A DNA stretch of 64,000 bases from an uncultured virus (IMG/VR IMGVR_UViG_3300020165_000015) (lineage: Duplodnaviria; Heunggongvirae; Uroviricota; Caudoviricetes): IMG/VR virus record IMGVR_UViG_3300020165_000015; one strand, given 5' to 3'. The notes below the pieces were generated by a model. It did no database searches. It was not told the DNA's origin and worked only from the letters and a program-made list of their open reading frames with translations. Both the position numbers and the translations under genes were made by a program. Numbering within the stretch: the first letter of the stretch is position 1; every line of letters starts with the position of its first letter. Below, one piece after another: positions 47,244 through 58,109 of the stretch.

Positions 47244-47630
47244 TTAGCTGTCTGCTAGAGTTGTATCACCAGCATCGACTCTTGATTGAAGGTGTGCAAT
47301 GTCGGCTGCATAAGAAGTGATTGATGCTTGCATTGTTGTAACTAAATCTGCATTAACTTCAAGGGCGTTAGCACCTCCAATTTCAGTATCAATATATTCA
47401 GCATACATATCTACGAATAGTTGGTCTAAATCGTCTTCGTTAACACCTTGTGCATTATGCCATTGTAGGAATCCTGCTCTACCAGCTCCTGTCCACTCTG
47501 CTGGAGAAGTTTCTGATTTGGATTGGCCCACAAAATAAGTTTTGTTTACACCGTTATGCCAATCTAGTTTATCCTCTAGTTTTGCTTTTGTAGCTTGTTG
47601 AACAGCAATTAGGTCTGTGAGTTCTGACAT
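47244..47630 (-). CDS. hypothetical protein
   Basis: GGAG SD and ATAAATA upstream. Confidence 0.7.
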   Translation of the reverse strand: MSELTDLIAVQQATKAKLEDKLDWHNGVNKTYFVGQSKSETSPAEWTGAGRAGFLQWHNAQGVNEDDLDQLFVDMYAEYIDTEIGGANALEVNADLVTTMQASITSYAADIAHLQSRVDAGDTTLADS

Positions 47631-47660
47631 TTATATCTCCGTATGTATTTACAGAATTAT

Positions 47661-47837
47661 TTATGTTTTAGAGAGCGGTGTGGAGTGTAGTTTATCCTCG
47701 ATTTTATCGATTTTCTTTGATATTTTCTTAGTTGCAGAATCGTCTGAAGCTTTCTTAGCTTCACGAAGTTTCTTTTTTAACGCAATCTTTTCTTCAATTG
47801 CACTAATCACATCTGAGGATTTCAAGTTAGTAGTCAT
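47661..47837 (-). CDS. small basic protein
   Basis: TATAAATA at 47849-47856; K-rich helix. Confidence 0.6.
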   Translation of the reverse strand: MTTNLKSSDVISAIEEKIALKKKLREAKKASDDSATKKISKKIDKIEDKLHSTPLSKT

Positions 47838-47851
47838 AATATCATATGTAT

Positions 47852-49366
47852 TTATAGCATTGACGAACACCTATTGTACGCTTCCGTCCCACTAGTAAAT
47901 TCTAGTTCTTCTCTTGTATCCCAATCCCAAGATTTACATTCTTCTATAAGGGAACCACCTCTCATCTGTTGTCTAAACTGCCACAGATTGATTTGTGAGT
48001 TACCACCTTCGTAAATATGGAAATCGTTATCGTACAGTAAGTATAGGTTACTTTGTGACCCACTCATGGTCATATCAATCTCAGTGATATCTGTATATAA
48101 CTGAACCAATTCTGTTGGATTTCTGTTTGCCATAAGATTGACTATATTTTCATCAAAGTATGGATTGGCATCAACGGAATGTATTCTAAATTCAAAGTCA
48201 CTTGTTGAACCACTCCCACCACTATGAACAACACTTCTCCATCCGTCTCTGACAGCAAGTTCAAGTGAACTATCACCTACAAATCTTACAAAGGTTTTCT
48301 CATAGTTGTAACCATCCACCTCTTTTTGTTGTTCTATAGATATGTGTATCCTATGTCCACTGACAATAGTTTCACTCTCTTTGTTTTCATGATAGTTTTC
48401 TGATATGATTACTGAAGCATTGGCTTCAAGATTTGCAACTGTGATTGTAATTGGATTGCCGTCGACATCTAAAATTTGTCCTTGGGAATTGCCTCTTACT
48501 TCATTGAAGTTGTGCATTCTCCTATAGGAGAACCATTCGTCTTGTTGTTCTCCTACGGTTTCATTCTGCAAGTCGAATGTTACGTCTGTAAAAGTCTCGT
48601 TGTTTAAAATCTTTGTGATGATATCTTCATTTAAGATACCTCTGAATCCCATATTGTATTGTTCTTTGAGAACGGTCTCAACCGTGTGTAGTGTAGTAAG
48701 AAAGTCTACAACCTTTTCACCTATGGCTTGTTGTGTGGTGTCTCCCGAAGCTATGAAATCATCATAGAAATAGTATCTACTGATATTGAAATTTGATTCT
48801 AGATTATAGAGGAATGTGTCTACTGACCCTTGAAGTGAATATGCAACATCGTTTGCAGTAGAACCACAACCATCTGCAACTGATATATCAGTATTCAATT
48901 GTGAATTGATTGCAGTAAGTAACATGGTAGTGAATGGTGTCACATTTGCTTTGTATGTACTATCTCCATGTGGGAAATACAACATGGTGTATGCACTTTC
49001 TACATATCCTCTTGTTGAGTCATATGCACCTATTGGAACTTGTGCAACCCTCGGGCGGGATAATCCACATGCAGTGGTGAAGTTGCTTATTGCACTAAAG
49101 TCTGATACTTGGAACTCGTACTCATTGGTATCAGCATTCCATACGCCCGAGGGTTCACCATCATCCTGTGTTAAGTTGAAATTGAAATCAACAAACACGT
49201 TGGCTCCCTCTACATATCCATCGATTACTTTGGTTCCGTAAATCGGGGATGATGAAACTGGTGGGGTTGATAAAGACTGCAATTGTTGGAGTTCGGGGGA
49301 TGATGTTCCACCACCACCACAACCAACTAAACATGCTAGTACTGGTATAGTAATTAATTTTTTCAT
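47852..49366 (-). CDS. bacterial-type lipoprotein
   Basis: MKKLITIPVLACLVGCGGGG lipobox; VIDGYVEGANVFVDFN..D..EP; NVTPFTT; promoter at 49392-49421. Confidence 0.8.
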   Translation of the reverse strand: MKKLITIPVLACLVGCGGGGTSSPELQQLQSLSTPPVSSSPIYGTKVIDGYVEGANVFVDFNFNLTQDDGEPSGVWNADTNEYEFQVSDFSAISNFTTACGLSRPRVAQVPIGAYDSTRGYVESAYTMLYFPHGDSTYKANVTPFTTMLLTAINSQLNTDISVADGCGSTANDVAYSLQGSVDTFLYNLESNFNISRYYFYDDFIASGDTTQQAIGEKVVDFLTTLHTVETVLKEQYNMGFRGILNEDIITKILNNETFTDVTFDLQNETVGEQQDEWFSYRRMHNFNEVRGNSQGQILDVDGNPITITVANLEANASVIISENYHENKESETIVSGHRIHISIEQQKEVDGYNYEKTFVRFVGDSSLELAVRDGWRSVVHSGGSGSTSDFEFRIHSVDANPYFDENIVNLMANRNPTELVQLYTDITEIDMTMSGSQSNLYLLYDNDFHIYEGGNSQINLWQFRQQMRGGSLIEECKSWDWDTREELEFTSGTEAYNRCSSML

Positions 49367-49397
49367 AAGACCTCTCATAATCTATAGTCTTATTATA

Positions 49398-50153
49398 CTA
49401 CAATATCCTAGGTTTTGTCAACGGGCTTTTCCTTGGGGTCATATCTAACCTTGGTCTTGATTTGAGATTGTTACGAGATATGTCCTTAAGTGAATCCTCT
49501 TCGATAAGTTCAGTCCTTACTAATCCTTCTGAAGTCACATCGGGTGTAAGTTTAATGTTACCCGACAATGTGATTCTAGGTTCAGCACACTTGTTGGGTG
49601 ATACTGCATGAAAAATTGTTGAAGGGAAGATATACAATGTCCCTTTATCTTTAATTTGTGGTACATAGACTTGATGGGCTTCATAAGCTGCAAGTAAATT
49701 CTTTAGACATGCATCACTATTGGTTGCATATCTATTTTTAAATACAATATGAGAGTTCCCAGTTTCATGTACATAACACCATGAGAAGTCACTATACCTA
49801 TCACCTTGATGGTCATGGGAATCTTGAAATCCACCCTCTTCATATACATTAATCCAAGGTACTTCGAAGTTACTGGTAATGACACACTTGGGCCCAAGCA
49901 AATCTAAGAACTGTTGGAACTCGTCATATACTAAATCCAATACTGGTGCATAGTCAATTTCAAGATTTGCATCTATATTATTTGAAGTTTTACAATTACT
50001 GAATGTAAACTCCTCTGCACATAGTTTATCTAAATCTTTATCTTTAAACCACTCATCAATTGGTGTTGGGTCAAGTTCTATTGCAGTTACAGGACTACCC
50101 CATAACAAATCATCAGACCTTGAATTCTGAAAAGTCTCGTTTCTGTCCATCAT
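49398..50153 (-). CDS. 2OG-Fe(II) oxygenase
   Basis: WINVY...QDSHDH...FS..Y...IFPS..FHAV...RITLSGN. Confidence 0.85.
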   Translation of the reverse strand: MMDRNETFQNSRSDDLLWGSPVTAIELDPTPIDEWFKDKDLDKLCAEEFTFSNCKTSNNIDANLEIDYAPVLDLVYDEFQQFLDLLGPKCVITSNFEVPWINVYEEGGFQDSHDHQGDRYSDFSWCYVHETGNSHIVFKNRYATNSDACLKNLLAAYEAHQVYVPQIKDKGTLYIFPSTIFHAVSPNKCAEPRITLSGNIKLTPDVTSEGLVRTELIEEDSLKDISRNNLKSRPRLDMTPRKSPLTKPRIL

Positions 50154-51510
50154 TTCTTCCTCTATCAAACACTGGTACTGAATCATCGACGGCTGAGTCT
50201 ATCAGTTCTTCTTGTGCTTCTTGTTCACAGTCGTAGAGTTTCATTCTACTTCTGTCGACACCAATAACAAACCTTTTGAATACGGTTGGGTCATTGTATC
50301 TGTTCTTTAATTGTTTGACCACCATTTGGTCTAACTCTTCTAATTCATCACTGGTAATCAATGCAAACATAAAGTCTGCAGTCGCTGGTAAACCAAATGA
50401 TTCTGAAGTATCAGTAAGTTCTACATCTGTAGAACCATATCCACTTCTTGTTGTTTGTGTTGCACTCATGATTGGTACATCAAACTCTACTGCAAGTCCT
50501 CTAAGTTCCTCTGCAATACTCTTTACTAGTGTATATGAGTTTGCACCACTACCTGGCTTGACTCTTGCACTTGAACATATATTTAGATAGTCGATATAAA
50601 TCATATCGGGTTTGAAATCTTTCTTAATGTTCAGTTCTTGTAATAGATGTCGGAAGTGACCAACATGTGCTGATGCAGTAGGATATTCTTTGACAATAAG
50701 TTTACCTTTGGTCTTCTCTTTGATTTTGTCAATCTTCTTATCAAATTGATTCTTAGATAAGTCGGGTAAGTCTTTCATAGGGATATTCAATGTGTTCGAA
50801 TCTATCCTCTCTGCAATCCTTTCTTCTGACATTTCAAGTGTAATATAAAGTACGTTCTTGTTCATCATCAAGTTGGCTGATGCCATGTGACACATAAACA
50901 ATGACTTACCAACACCAGTACCAGCAAGACATATGTTTAGAGTTTTGTTTGGAAGACCACCTTTGGTAACCTTGTTGAAGTATTCCAAGTCAAATGGAAG
51001 TTTTTCTTCTTCAGTGTGGTAGAATTCGAATCTATCATCTGAGTTTTCAATGAAATCGTGACCAATGTTAGTGTCAAACGATACAGATAAAGCTTCTTTT
51101 AAAAGGTCGGGTATTTCTCCAGTCGAACGTTGGGACTTTTTGTCGATGACTTCGATACTGTCCATGACTGCAATATAGATTGCTCTATCTTGACACCATT
51201 TCTCAGTTTCTTCTACCAACCATTCGGTTGGAGTCTCTTCACTGTCCTTACTAATACTATCTACAATAGTTTTTGCGTTCGATAACTGTCCGTCATTAAG
51301 AGACGTATTGTTATCAAGATTTATGAGAAGTGCTTCCACTGTAGGTGGTTTAGTGTACTTATCGAAGTATGAAACTACTTCGTTGAACACAGTCTTCTCG
51401 TCCGACTCGGAGAAATACTCTTCCTTAAGGAATGGTATTACCTTCCTTGTAAAAGATTCACTCTGAACTAAGTTCTTCAGTATCGTCTGTTCTAGTCTCA
51501 CTTGTTCCAT
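50113..51510 (-). CDS. 41: replicative helicase (gp41)
   Basis: [46 protein letters not shown]. Confidence 0.97.
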   Translation of the reverse strand: MEQVRLEQTILKNLVQSESFTRKVIPFLKEEYFSESDEKTVFNEVVSYFDKYTKPPTVEALLINLDNNTSLNDGQLSNAKTIVDSISKDSEETPTEWLVEETEKWCQDRAIYIAVMDSIEVIDKKSQRSTGEIPDLLKEALSVSFDTNIGHDFIENSDDRFEFYHTEEEKLPFDLEYFNKVTKGGLPNKTLNICLAGTGVGKSLFMCHMASANLMMNKNVLYITLEMSEERIAERIDSNTLNIPMKDLPDLSKNQFDKKIDKIKEKTKGKLIVKEYPTASAHVGHFRHLLQELNIKKDFKPDMIYIDYLNICSSARVKPGSGANSYTLVKSIAEELRGLAVEFDVPIMSATQTTRSGYGSTDVELTDTSESFGLPATADFMFALITSDELEELDQMVVKQLKNRYNDPTVFKRFVIGVDRSRMKLYDCEQEAQEELIDSAVDDSVPVFDRGRNDGQKRDFSEFKV

Positions 51511-52513
51511 ACTTAAAATATTCCTGTGCTTTCTGTTCGAGTTGTGCCATTACATCATCTGTAAAGTACTTCTCGGGATTGTTATTAATCGTCTTTCCGA
51601 ATTCGGTTTTACCTGTAGGTAGTTTAACACGAGTTCCTTCTTTTGTAAAGACGCCAAATGCAAGTGCCATGTCTAATAGACCATAGTACCTGTCCAATCC
51701 TTTTTCATAAGAAAGCCTAACATCCACTATTCTATTTTCTACAGTCAATCTTGACTTTGCATTCTTACAGTGAATGATATTTCCGATTATCTCTGTCCCA
51801 TCCTTCTCTTTCTTTTTAGATAGATAGATGATAGACGATGCAGCGTACTTGAGTCCACTACCACCACCCATTTCTTTCTGAGGGAACATAGAACCAATCA
51901 CATCATATGTGTGGTTTGTGACAATCATAGGAACACCAACTCGACCAAGTTTCAAAGTTAGGACTCTAAATGCACCTTTTACAATTTGTGCTCGAGTCAT
52001 ATCCTTTGTCTCTTTACCTTCTGCAGTATCTTCGATTTCTTTGGTTGTTGATAACATACCAAGTGAATCTAAACACATCATCAAAGGTGGACGTTTGGAT
52101 TTTGGGGTTTCAGCATACTTATCCAGTATACTAATCGATTGAGTTCTGAATTCTTGTACAGTAACCACTGGGACAATAATCATCCTAGAGGAATCAATTC
52201 CCCTAGATTCAATCATATCCTTTGATATTGCTGACTCAGACTCAAAGTATATAACTGCAGAATCGGGATTATCAGATAGGAATTGTTTTACTATGCCTAA
52301 TGCAAAGTATGTTTTACCTGTTGCTGATTCTCCTGCGATTGCAGTAATTTTGTTGTCGGGAAGTCCACCGTATAGTGAACCACTTAATAGTGCATTGAAA
52401 ATGTGACTACCTGTGTCTACAAAGGTATCGACATCTCCAGCTGCAACACCGTCCGAAACGACATTTGCATATTCGTTTCCCGATGCTTTTACTAAATCTT
52501 TAATAAATGACAT
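51458..52513 (-). CDS. uvsX: RecA-like recombinase
   Basis: [21 protein letters not shown]; promoter at 52538-52566. Confidence 0.95.
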   Translation of the reverse strand: MSFIKDLVKASGNEYANVVSDGVAAGDVDTFVDTGSHIFNALLSGSLYGGLPDNKITAIAGESATGKTYFALGIVKQFLSDNPDSAVIYFESESAISKDMIESRGIDSSRMIIVPVVTVQEFRTQSISILDKYAETPKSKRPPLMMCLDSLGMLSTTKEIEDTAEGKETKDMTRAQIVKGAFRVLTLKLGRVGVPMIVTNHTYDVIGSMFPQKEMGGGSGLKYAASSIIYLSKKKEKDGTEIIGNIIHCKNAKSRLTVENRIVDVRLSYEKGLDRYYGLLDMALAFGVFTKEGTRVKLPTGKTEFGKTINNNPEKYFTDDVMAQLEQKAQEYFKYGTSETRTDDTEELSSE

Positions 52514-52573
52514 AACACTTCTCCATAATGTGTATCCATTATAGACTATATTCGGGGTTTGTGCAAGGGGGTT

Positions 52574-52753
52574 TTAGAGTTTTTTTTCTATTTCAGATAA
52601 TTTCTTACCAACTTCAGACATTTTTTTGTCGAACCTAGTATGTTCCTTCATCATAGCCTTTAACTCTGACATTCCTAATTCCAAGTGGATTATGAATCCG
52701 AATATTGCACATATCATTGCAATATAGAAACAATCCATTGGAGAAATAATCAT
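52574..52753 (-). CDS. small membrane protein (59 aa)
   Basis: Manual translation MIISPMDCFYIAMICAIFGFIIHLELG... Confidence 0.6.
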   Translation of the reverse strand: MIISPMDCFYIAMICAIFGFIIHLELGMSELKAMMKEHTRFDKKMSEVGKKLSEIEKKL

Positions 52754-53217
52754 GACATCACCTTGTCAATCTGTTCTTGAGTGACGACTCCTTTCTCCAT
52801 TAGAAGCTTTCTATGCTCCATGTGACGTTCTGTTGTGGTGTCTTTATTCTCACCAGTATATTCCACTGCATGGTGGTCAAGAATCATTTGTCTGTTGACA
52901 TTGATGATTGATTCATCTTCGCTATGAACAAATAACTCTCCAAGTATGCGTCCGAATTTTCCTTTGTCGTGACTAACGAGGGTAATATCACCTTCTGATA
53001 GAAGATGTGTAAGATGTTTTTTAGATGCTTTACCAAACAATTTCTCCACGAGGTCTCTTGTTCTTGATTCGGGTGTATCTATACCCATTAGTCGCACTCT
53101 TTGTTTCTTTAAAACTGTTGAGAACCCTAAGTCTATGTCGACATCAACTGTATCGCCGTCAACAATTTTACTGACCTTTACGTGAAATTCACATTGTTTA
53201 AAGTTTTTAGTTCCCAT
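52750..53217 (-). CDS. thermonuclease (SNase-like)
   Basis: IVDGDTVDV, RVRLMGIDTPE, GKFGRILG. Confidence 0.9.
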   Translation of the reverse strand: MGTKNFKQCEFHVKVSKIVDGDTVDVDIDLGFSTVLKKQRVRLMGIDTPESRTRDLVEKLFGKASKKHLTHLLSEGDITLVSHDKGKFGRILGELFVHSEDESIINVNRQMILDHHAVEYTGENKDTTTERHMEHRKLLMEKGVVTQEQIDKVMS

Positions 53218-53221
53218 GGTT

Positions 53222-53644
53222 CTATTTAGGATAGTTGTGTCTGCGATGTTCCAACTTGGTGTCGTAATCAATCATTGCCTTTTTGATTGCGTCTTCAGCA
53301 AGAACAGAACAATGAAGTTTAATCGGCGGAAGGTCTAACGCATCAGCGATGTCCTTATCCTTAATTAGTTTAGCTTCTTCGATAGTCTTACCCATCATCA
53401 TATCAACAAACATGGACGAACTTGCAATTGCACTTCCACATCCATAGGTTTTAAACTTTACGTCAATGATTCTTTCATCATCGTCCAGTAATAGTTGTAA
53501 TTGCATTACATCACCACAGGCGGGTGCGCCTGCAAGACCTGTTGCAACATGTGGGTCGTCTTTGTCTAATCGACCTACGGAATGTTTTTCGGGGTTTGCA
53601 AGTACTGCTTCAAATCTTTGAACTACTTCTTTTGAGTATGCCAT
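53222..53644 (-). CDS. iscU: IscU/NifU Fe-S scaffold
   Basis: GAPACGDVM, KTYGCGSAIASSS, LPPIKLHCSVLAEDAI. Confidence 0.95.
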   Translation of the reverse strand: MAYSKEVVQRFEAVLANPEKHSVGRLDKDDPHVATGLAGAPACGDVMQLQLLLDDDERIIDVKFKTYGCGSAIASSSMFVDMMMGKTIEEAKLIKDKDIADALDLPPIKLHCSVLAEDAIKKAMIDYDTKLEHRRHNYPK

Positions 53645-53652
53645 AACGTTAT

Positions 53653-56145
53653 TTATCCGAAAAAGGAATCTAGCGAGGCAACTGGTTCAACATTCCAGCC
53701 AATCTTTTCTATAACCACCTTCAATGGTTCTATGAATGACTTGTCAAATTGCATATCATAATCGATATACTTATGCAAGTCGAACTCCTTTGGTAAAACG
53801 TTCATAAATGATATGACGTTCTCGTTGATTGGATTTGGTGTAGTGAGATATGTAAAGTGTAGTTTTTCTCCACTCTTAATCAACTCATAACGTTTGTGAA
53901 TGTTCTTCTGTTTTAAATGATGGTTGTAAAGTAATGCACCGCGTACGTGTATAGGTGTACCCTTTCCATAGATTTGTGTTGGGTCTGCATACTGTCCTAG
54001 GTTATTACAACCTCTAGGTGAAGACATATCTTCGGGTGCAAGTCTACGGAAATCCATCCGTGCATTCTCAACAAAGTCCCATAGTTCTTCTTCAGTCCCT
54101 TGCATCACAATCTTGAATGCATCTGTAAGTTTACCCCTAACCCATTGTGGTGTACTGGACTTTGCAGTCTCAATACCCATCATCTTGAGTTTAGGTTCGG
54201 CTAGTCGGACTCCTTCGTTGTCGATGACGTTGAGGATGTATCTTTTCTTTGCAGTCCAAATCCCACGGTCTGCGATGACCTCTCTCCCCATCTCCATCTT
54301 CTGTTCGAAGGCATTGGTGTATTTTGCAAGTTCTTGGAAACCTTTGTCAAGAACGTCTTCCATGTGTGACTTTGCGATTGAGTCGATGAAGTTTGTAATT
54401 TTTTGTTTATCAGTCTCATTAGGCATTACCTGCTGTATCAGTTTGTCTAGTGTAATATACACAGAATCGGTATCCATTGCAACAACATAGTCTTCATCTG
54501 TCTTGAGTGTGGTATTTAACCAATCATTGATTGTCTTCTCTGCATGTTTAATAATCAGCTGACCCGACAATGTGATTGCCTCTGCAAGTTGTGGGTCAAA
54601 GAATGCAAAGTATTGGTTTGCCAAAGCACCATATGCTGAGTTCAAAGCAATCTTCCTAACCTGTTGGTTATTGTAAGAACGTTTGATTAATGTGTTGAGT
54701 TCGTTCTTACGTTTCCTATCTGTACAAGTTTGTAGTTCCTTCTGATACCCAATCATTTTACCCTTCCACATCTTACGTTCGTCATAGAACTTCTGCATAA
54801 GTTCGGGAAGGAACCCTTGTTTATCGTTTGAGAACCTAGCCCCGTTTGGTGTGATACCGAGTGCGCCATCAACAATCGTTTCCTTGTTGAATAATTTTTC
54901 TACGGATGTATCGGTCAACCCTCTCTGCATTTTCTCGGGTGAGATATTGTACTGCATGATGATGTGTGGATACAGTGAGTTCAAATCGAATGAGACAACC
55001 CATTCATGTTTACCCACGATAGGTTCTTTGACATATGCACCTTGGATTCTATCACCTTTTGTTTGTGACAGCTTCTGTGGTGGTGTTGCAATTTTCTGTT
55101 CCTTCAGAAAGTTATAGATGATTGTTTCCCAATACTTAACCATACCAAAAGTGTCGTTGTAATTACACTTAGCATTGTAAGACATTGCAAGAATCAATTC
55201 CATCAAACCTAGTTTCTCCTCTAGGTCTTCTACCAAGGTAACATCCTTTACGTTGTAAGCAAGGAACTTGGAATAATTGTTTCTGTATAGATGGTGAAGA
55301 GAACCTTCCTCTTCATATGATATCTTTGATTTACCTAGTTCCACATTTGCAATGTGGTCTAGTCTGTATGACTCTTGGTTTACAAAAGTATGTTTTTTGT
55401 AAAGCTCTAGGTAATCAATTACATTGATTCCATACAGATTAAAGACCTGTTGGGTAGAACCCCAGTTGGTCTTGAACTCTCTGACATCACACATGTTCCA
55501 TGGTGAAAACTTTCTATGTGATTCCGAACCGAATACTCTGTCCACACGATTACAAAGGTAAGTGATGTCAAAAGTATTAACATTCCAACCAGTAATGATG
55601 TCGAACTTTTCTTTTCTCCAGTACTTGATGAATTGTTCAAGTAGGTCTTTCTCATCCTGTGCTTCATGATAATGTACGTTGGCTGGTGCCTCGTCCCACG
55701 GCCCAATCCCGAATGTGTGAGCCATAAATCTAAAAGGTTTGATGGTGATTGCGTTTACTTTTTCCAAAGCTTGCATGGGTTCGGGGAACCCATCTTCACA
55801 TTCACACTCAATATCTAGTGTTGCAATTTTGATAACTTTTGGGTCATACTTGATGTCCCCTTGAAACTTATCAGCAATGTATGTATAGATGTATCTATCA
55901 TACCCATGGATTTCCATCCCTGCTGTTCCAGCAAACTTCTCTCGGAACTTTCTTGCACCACCCATCGAACTGAGATTAACAGCCTCAAGGTTCTTCCCAT
56001 CCAGTGATTTGAATGCAGAAGGTTTTTTGGTTGGGACGTAATGATTAGGACGGTAGTCCACAGACATTTGAACCTGTTTCTTTCCTTGGTAACCTTTTAC
56101 GAGTATTTTGTCGCGAGTTCGACACACATTAGTATAAAAATCCAT
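53653..56145 (-). CDS. 43: family B DNA polymerase (gp43)
   Basis: DIEC exonuclease, FDLNSLYP, KIALNSAYG, DTDS, KKRY; promoter at 56152-56180. Confidence 0.98.
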   Translation of the reverse strand: MDFYTNVCRTRDKILVKGYQGKKQVQMSVDYRPNHYVPTKKPSAFKSLDGKNLEAVNLSSMGGARKFREKFAGTAGMEIHGYDRYIYTYIADKFQGDIKYDPKVIKIATLDIECECEDGFPEPMQALEKVNAITIKPFRFMAHTFGIGPWDEAPANVHYHEAQDEKDLLEQFIKYWRKEKFDIITGWNVNTFDITYLCNRVDRVFGSESHRKFSPWNMCDVREFKTNWGSTQQVFNLYGINVIDYLELYKKHTFVNQESYRLDHIANVELGKSKISYEEEGSLHHLYRNNYSKFLAYNVKDVTLVEDLEEKLGLMELILAMSYNAKCNYNDTFGMVKYWETIIYNFLKEQKIATPPQKLSQTKGDRIQGAYVKEPIVGKHEWVVSFDLNSLYPHIIMQYNISPEKMQRGLTDTSVEKLFNKETIVDGALGITPNGARFSNDKQGFLPELMQKFYDERKMWKGKMIGYQKELQTCTDRKRKNELNTLIKRSYNNQQVRKIALNSAYGALANQYFAFFDPQLAEAITLSGQLIIKHAEKTINDWLNTTLKTDEDYVVAMDTDSVYITLDKLIQQVMPNETDKQKITNFIDSIAKSHMEDVLDKGFQELAKYTNAFEQKMEMGREVIADRGIWTAKKRYILNVIDNEGVRLAEPKLKMMGIETAKSSTPQWVRGKLTDAFKIVMQGTEEELWDFVENARMDFRRLAPEDMSSPRGCNNLGQYADPTQIYGKGTPIHVRGALLYNHHLKQKNIHKRYELIKSGEKLHFTYLTTPNPINENVISFMNVLPKEFDLHKYIDYDMQFDKSFIEPLKVVIEKIGWNVEPVASLDSFFG

Positions 56146-56169
56146 ACTGTTATTATAACAGAAAGAGGT

Positions 56170-56391
56170 CTATTCTACAAGTGTTTTTTTGGTTGGATGT
56201 AGTAATTCTTTTACTGATTTTAGCTTATCTTGAGCATCTGCAAGTTTCTCAACTTCTGCATCTACTGCCTGAACGATATCAGAATGGTCTCCGATACCTG
56301 CTGGGTTTTCTTGGTAGACTTGAATGTTTGCAGTGTGTACTGCAATATCACCTTCGTACTTCTTTTCTAATGCTCTTAATATATCTGCCAC
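56170..56391 (-). CDS. conserved hypothetical protein
   Basis: ANIQVY.ENPAGIGDHSDI motif. Confidence 0.75.
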   Translation of the reverse strand: MADILRALEKKYEGDIAVHTANIQVYQENPAGIGDHSDIVQAVDAEVEKLADAQDKLKSVKELLHPTKKTLVE

Positions 56392-56392
56392 T

Positions 56393-56659
56393 TTATTTAT
56401 TTCCAGTTAACACCTTGTAGTTTTGTGCAAGGTTTGGTCTAGGTTCAAAACAAGACACTACTCTGACTTTAGAAATATCAAAAGTATAGTCTTTTGCATA
56501 AGGTATCCATGGAGCTAGACCTACTTCCATTTGGCCACCTTGAATCTCAACAATACAAGCATGTGCTTCTTCTACCACGTACTTGAATAATTTTTCTGTT
56601 ACTTTACCAATAACGACATCTCCGTTTTCTAAACGAAGACATTTGATAGGGTTAGACAT
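56393..56659 (-). CDS. Sm-like small protein
   Basis: IKCLRLENGDVVIG...LAPWIPY. Confidence 0.7.
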   Translation of the reverse strand: MSNPIKCLRLENGDVVIGKVTEKLFKYVVEEAHACIVEIQGGQMEVGLAPWIPYAKDYTFDISKVRVVSCFEPRPNLAQNYKVLTGNK

Positions 56660-57107
56660 TTAGTACTGACTCCTGTAATTCAACTGAACGTCTTCCGACT
56701 TGTCTGAACCAACGGCTGTCTTCCATTTCAACTGCCATTCTTTTCCAGTCTTCTGATACAACTGCTTTCCACATGTTGTTGAACTTACCAAAACGACTTC
56801 CACCTAAGTTGAATGTCATATTGACTAGTACGTGTTGAATATCTTCGGGTAAAGAATAAAAATCCTTCCCACCTTTTGATTCAAACAAATGAATAGTTTC
56901 ATCCACGTGTTTGTCAAAATCTGCTTCGTAGTATGCATCTACTACTGATTGTGATACTGGAGTTCCTGCTGGTTGTCCATGTTCTGCATCACCCTCTTTG
57001 ATTAGATGTCCAACACCAAGTGTTAGATATCCTAATGAGTCTGCGTATACTTCAAGTACCTCGCCCTCATGACGCTTAATTTGTGCTTTCAATACTTCTT
57101 TATTCAT
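56652..57107 (-). CDS. GH24 (T4-type) lysozyme
   Basis: HEG..LEVYADSLGYLTLGVGH, NMTFNLG, DSRWFRQVGRR. Confidence 0.92.
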   Translation of the reverse strand: MNKEVLKAQIKRHEGEVLEVYADSLGYLTLGVGHLIKEGDAEHGQPAGTPVSQSVVDAYYEADFDKHVDETIHLFESKGGKDFYSLPEDIQHVLVNMTFNLGGSRFGKFNNMWKAVVSEDWKRMAVEMEDSRWFRQVGRRSVELQESVLNV

Positions 57108-57123
57108 TGATTAATCCTTATTG

Positions 57124-57288
57124 TTATTCGGGGGTAGGTGGTTCAGTAGTCTTCTCTACCCATGTGTATTCGGCGTAAGCACCTTTGAGTGCGTCAAGCA
57201 TTCCTTCTTCACAGGATAAAACATACATCTCCTGTCCTTCCTCTACCTCGTCGGCTGTTAGCCTAAATTTATGATACTCTAGTGCCAT
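57124..57288 (-). CDS. hypothetical protein (54 aa)
   Basis: Manual translation MALEYHKFRL...EPPTPE; GGAG SD. Confidence 0.6.
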   Translation of the reverse strand: MALEYHKFRLTADEVEEGQEMYVLSCEEGMLDALKGAYAEYTWVEKTTEPPTPE

Positions 57289-57592
57289 CTTCTTTCTCCC
57301 TCTTCATTTGTTCCTCGACAAGTTCCATTAATATGTCACCCATGAGGTCGTTTAATTCACTATTATTTAGGAGTTCCTCAAGTCCAATCTCTGTCTTCCA
57401 GCCATCATGGCCATGTGGAAACCTTCTTATAGTTCTTGTGAAGTTGATATTTGGTTTACCTTCTTCGAATTGTATCTTGCCATACTGGTATACAAGTCCG
57501 TCCCATTTTCCACCTGTTAGTTCGATGGCTGCATCATCCTCATTGGGATTCTCTACAACCATGTAGACTTTTTTATGAAATAATTCTGTCAT
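57269..57592 (-). CDS. conserved T4-like hypothetical protein
   Basis: AIELTGGKWDGLVYQYGKI...GDIL motif. Confidence 0.75.
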   Translation of the reverse strand: MTELFHKKVYMVVENPNEDDAAIELTGGKWDGLVYQYGKIQFEEGKPNINFTRTIRRFPHGHDGWKTEIGLEELLNNSELNDLMGDILMELVEEQMKREKEDGTRVS

Positions 57593-58109
57593 ATATTTCT
57601 TCCTCAATTTTCATAGAAGTCTCTATAGAATTGTTATCACGAATCTGCAATTGTCCTAGTAGATTCATGTTTGTTAATATGTTGTTTATCTGACTCCGTC
57701 TCCCTTTCAACCACACTTCGGACTGTGTGTCTCCACGTTCTGCGTGACGATTGTGTTCTTCCGATAACTCTACTGTTAGTACGTAAACGCGTGCTTCGTG
57801 ATTGTCTATTAACCATTCTATATCCTTACCTCGAAAGTATCTATCACCTTCGATTAATACATGTTTATATGCAATGTTTGCCCACTCAATGAATTCTCTA
57901 AATTGTGGTATAGAACCGTGAGAGAGCTTATCAGTTCCACCGAATGTCTCTCCCTCGGGATATTGACCGACTACTAATACGTCACCATGTTCTTGGCACT
58001 TAAATAGTTTCATCGGTTCAATTAGGTTGGGTTCATCTAACCTAGAGATAAGTCTTCTCATGAGAGTTGACTTTCCCGAACATGGAACTCCACCAACCAT
58101 GATAATCAT
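57573..58109 (-). CDS. P-loop nucleotide kinase of the type linked to DNA base modification
   Basis: GGVPCSGKST, GGTDKLS, IEGDR, RHAERG..QSE.WLKGR. Confidence 0.8.
   Translation of the reverse strand: MIIMVGGVPCSGKSTLMRRLISRLDEPNLIEPMKLFKCQEHGDVLVVGQYPEGETFGGTDKLSHGSIPQFREFIEWANIAYKHVLIEGDRYFRGKDIEWLIDNHEARVYVLTVELSEEHNRHAERGDTQSEVWLKGRRSQINNILTNMNLLGQLQIRDNNSIETSMKIEEEIYDRIIS

Noticed and set aside
30826..56145. Inteins or introns in nrdA, gp41, uvsX or gp43
   Set aside because: All are continuous and of ordinary length.
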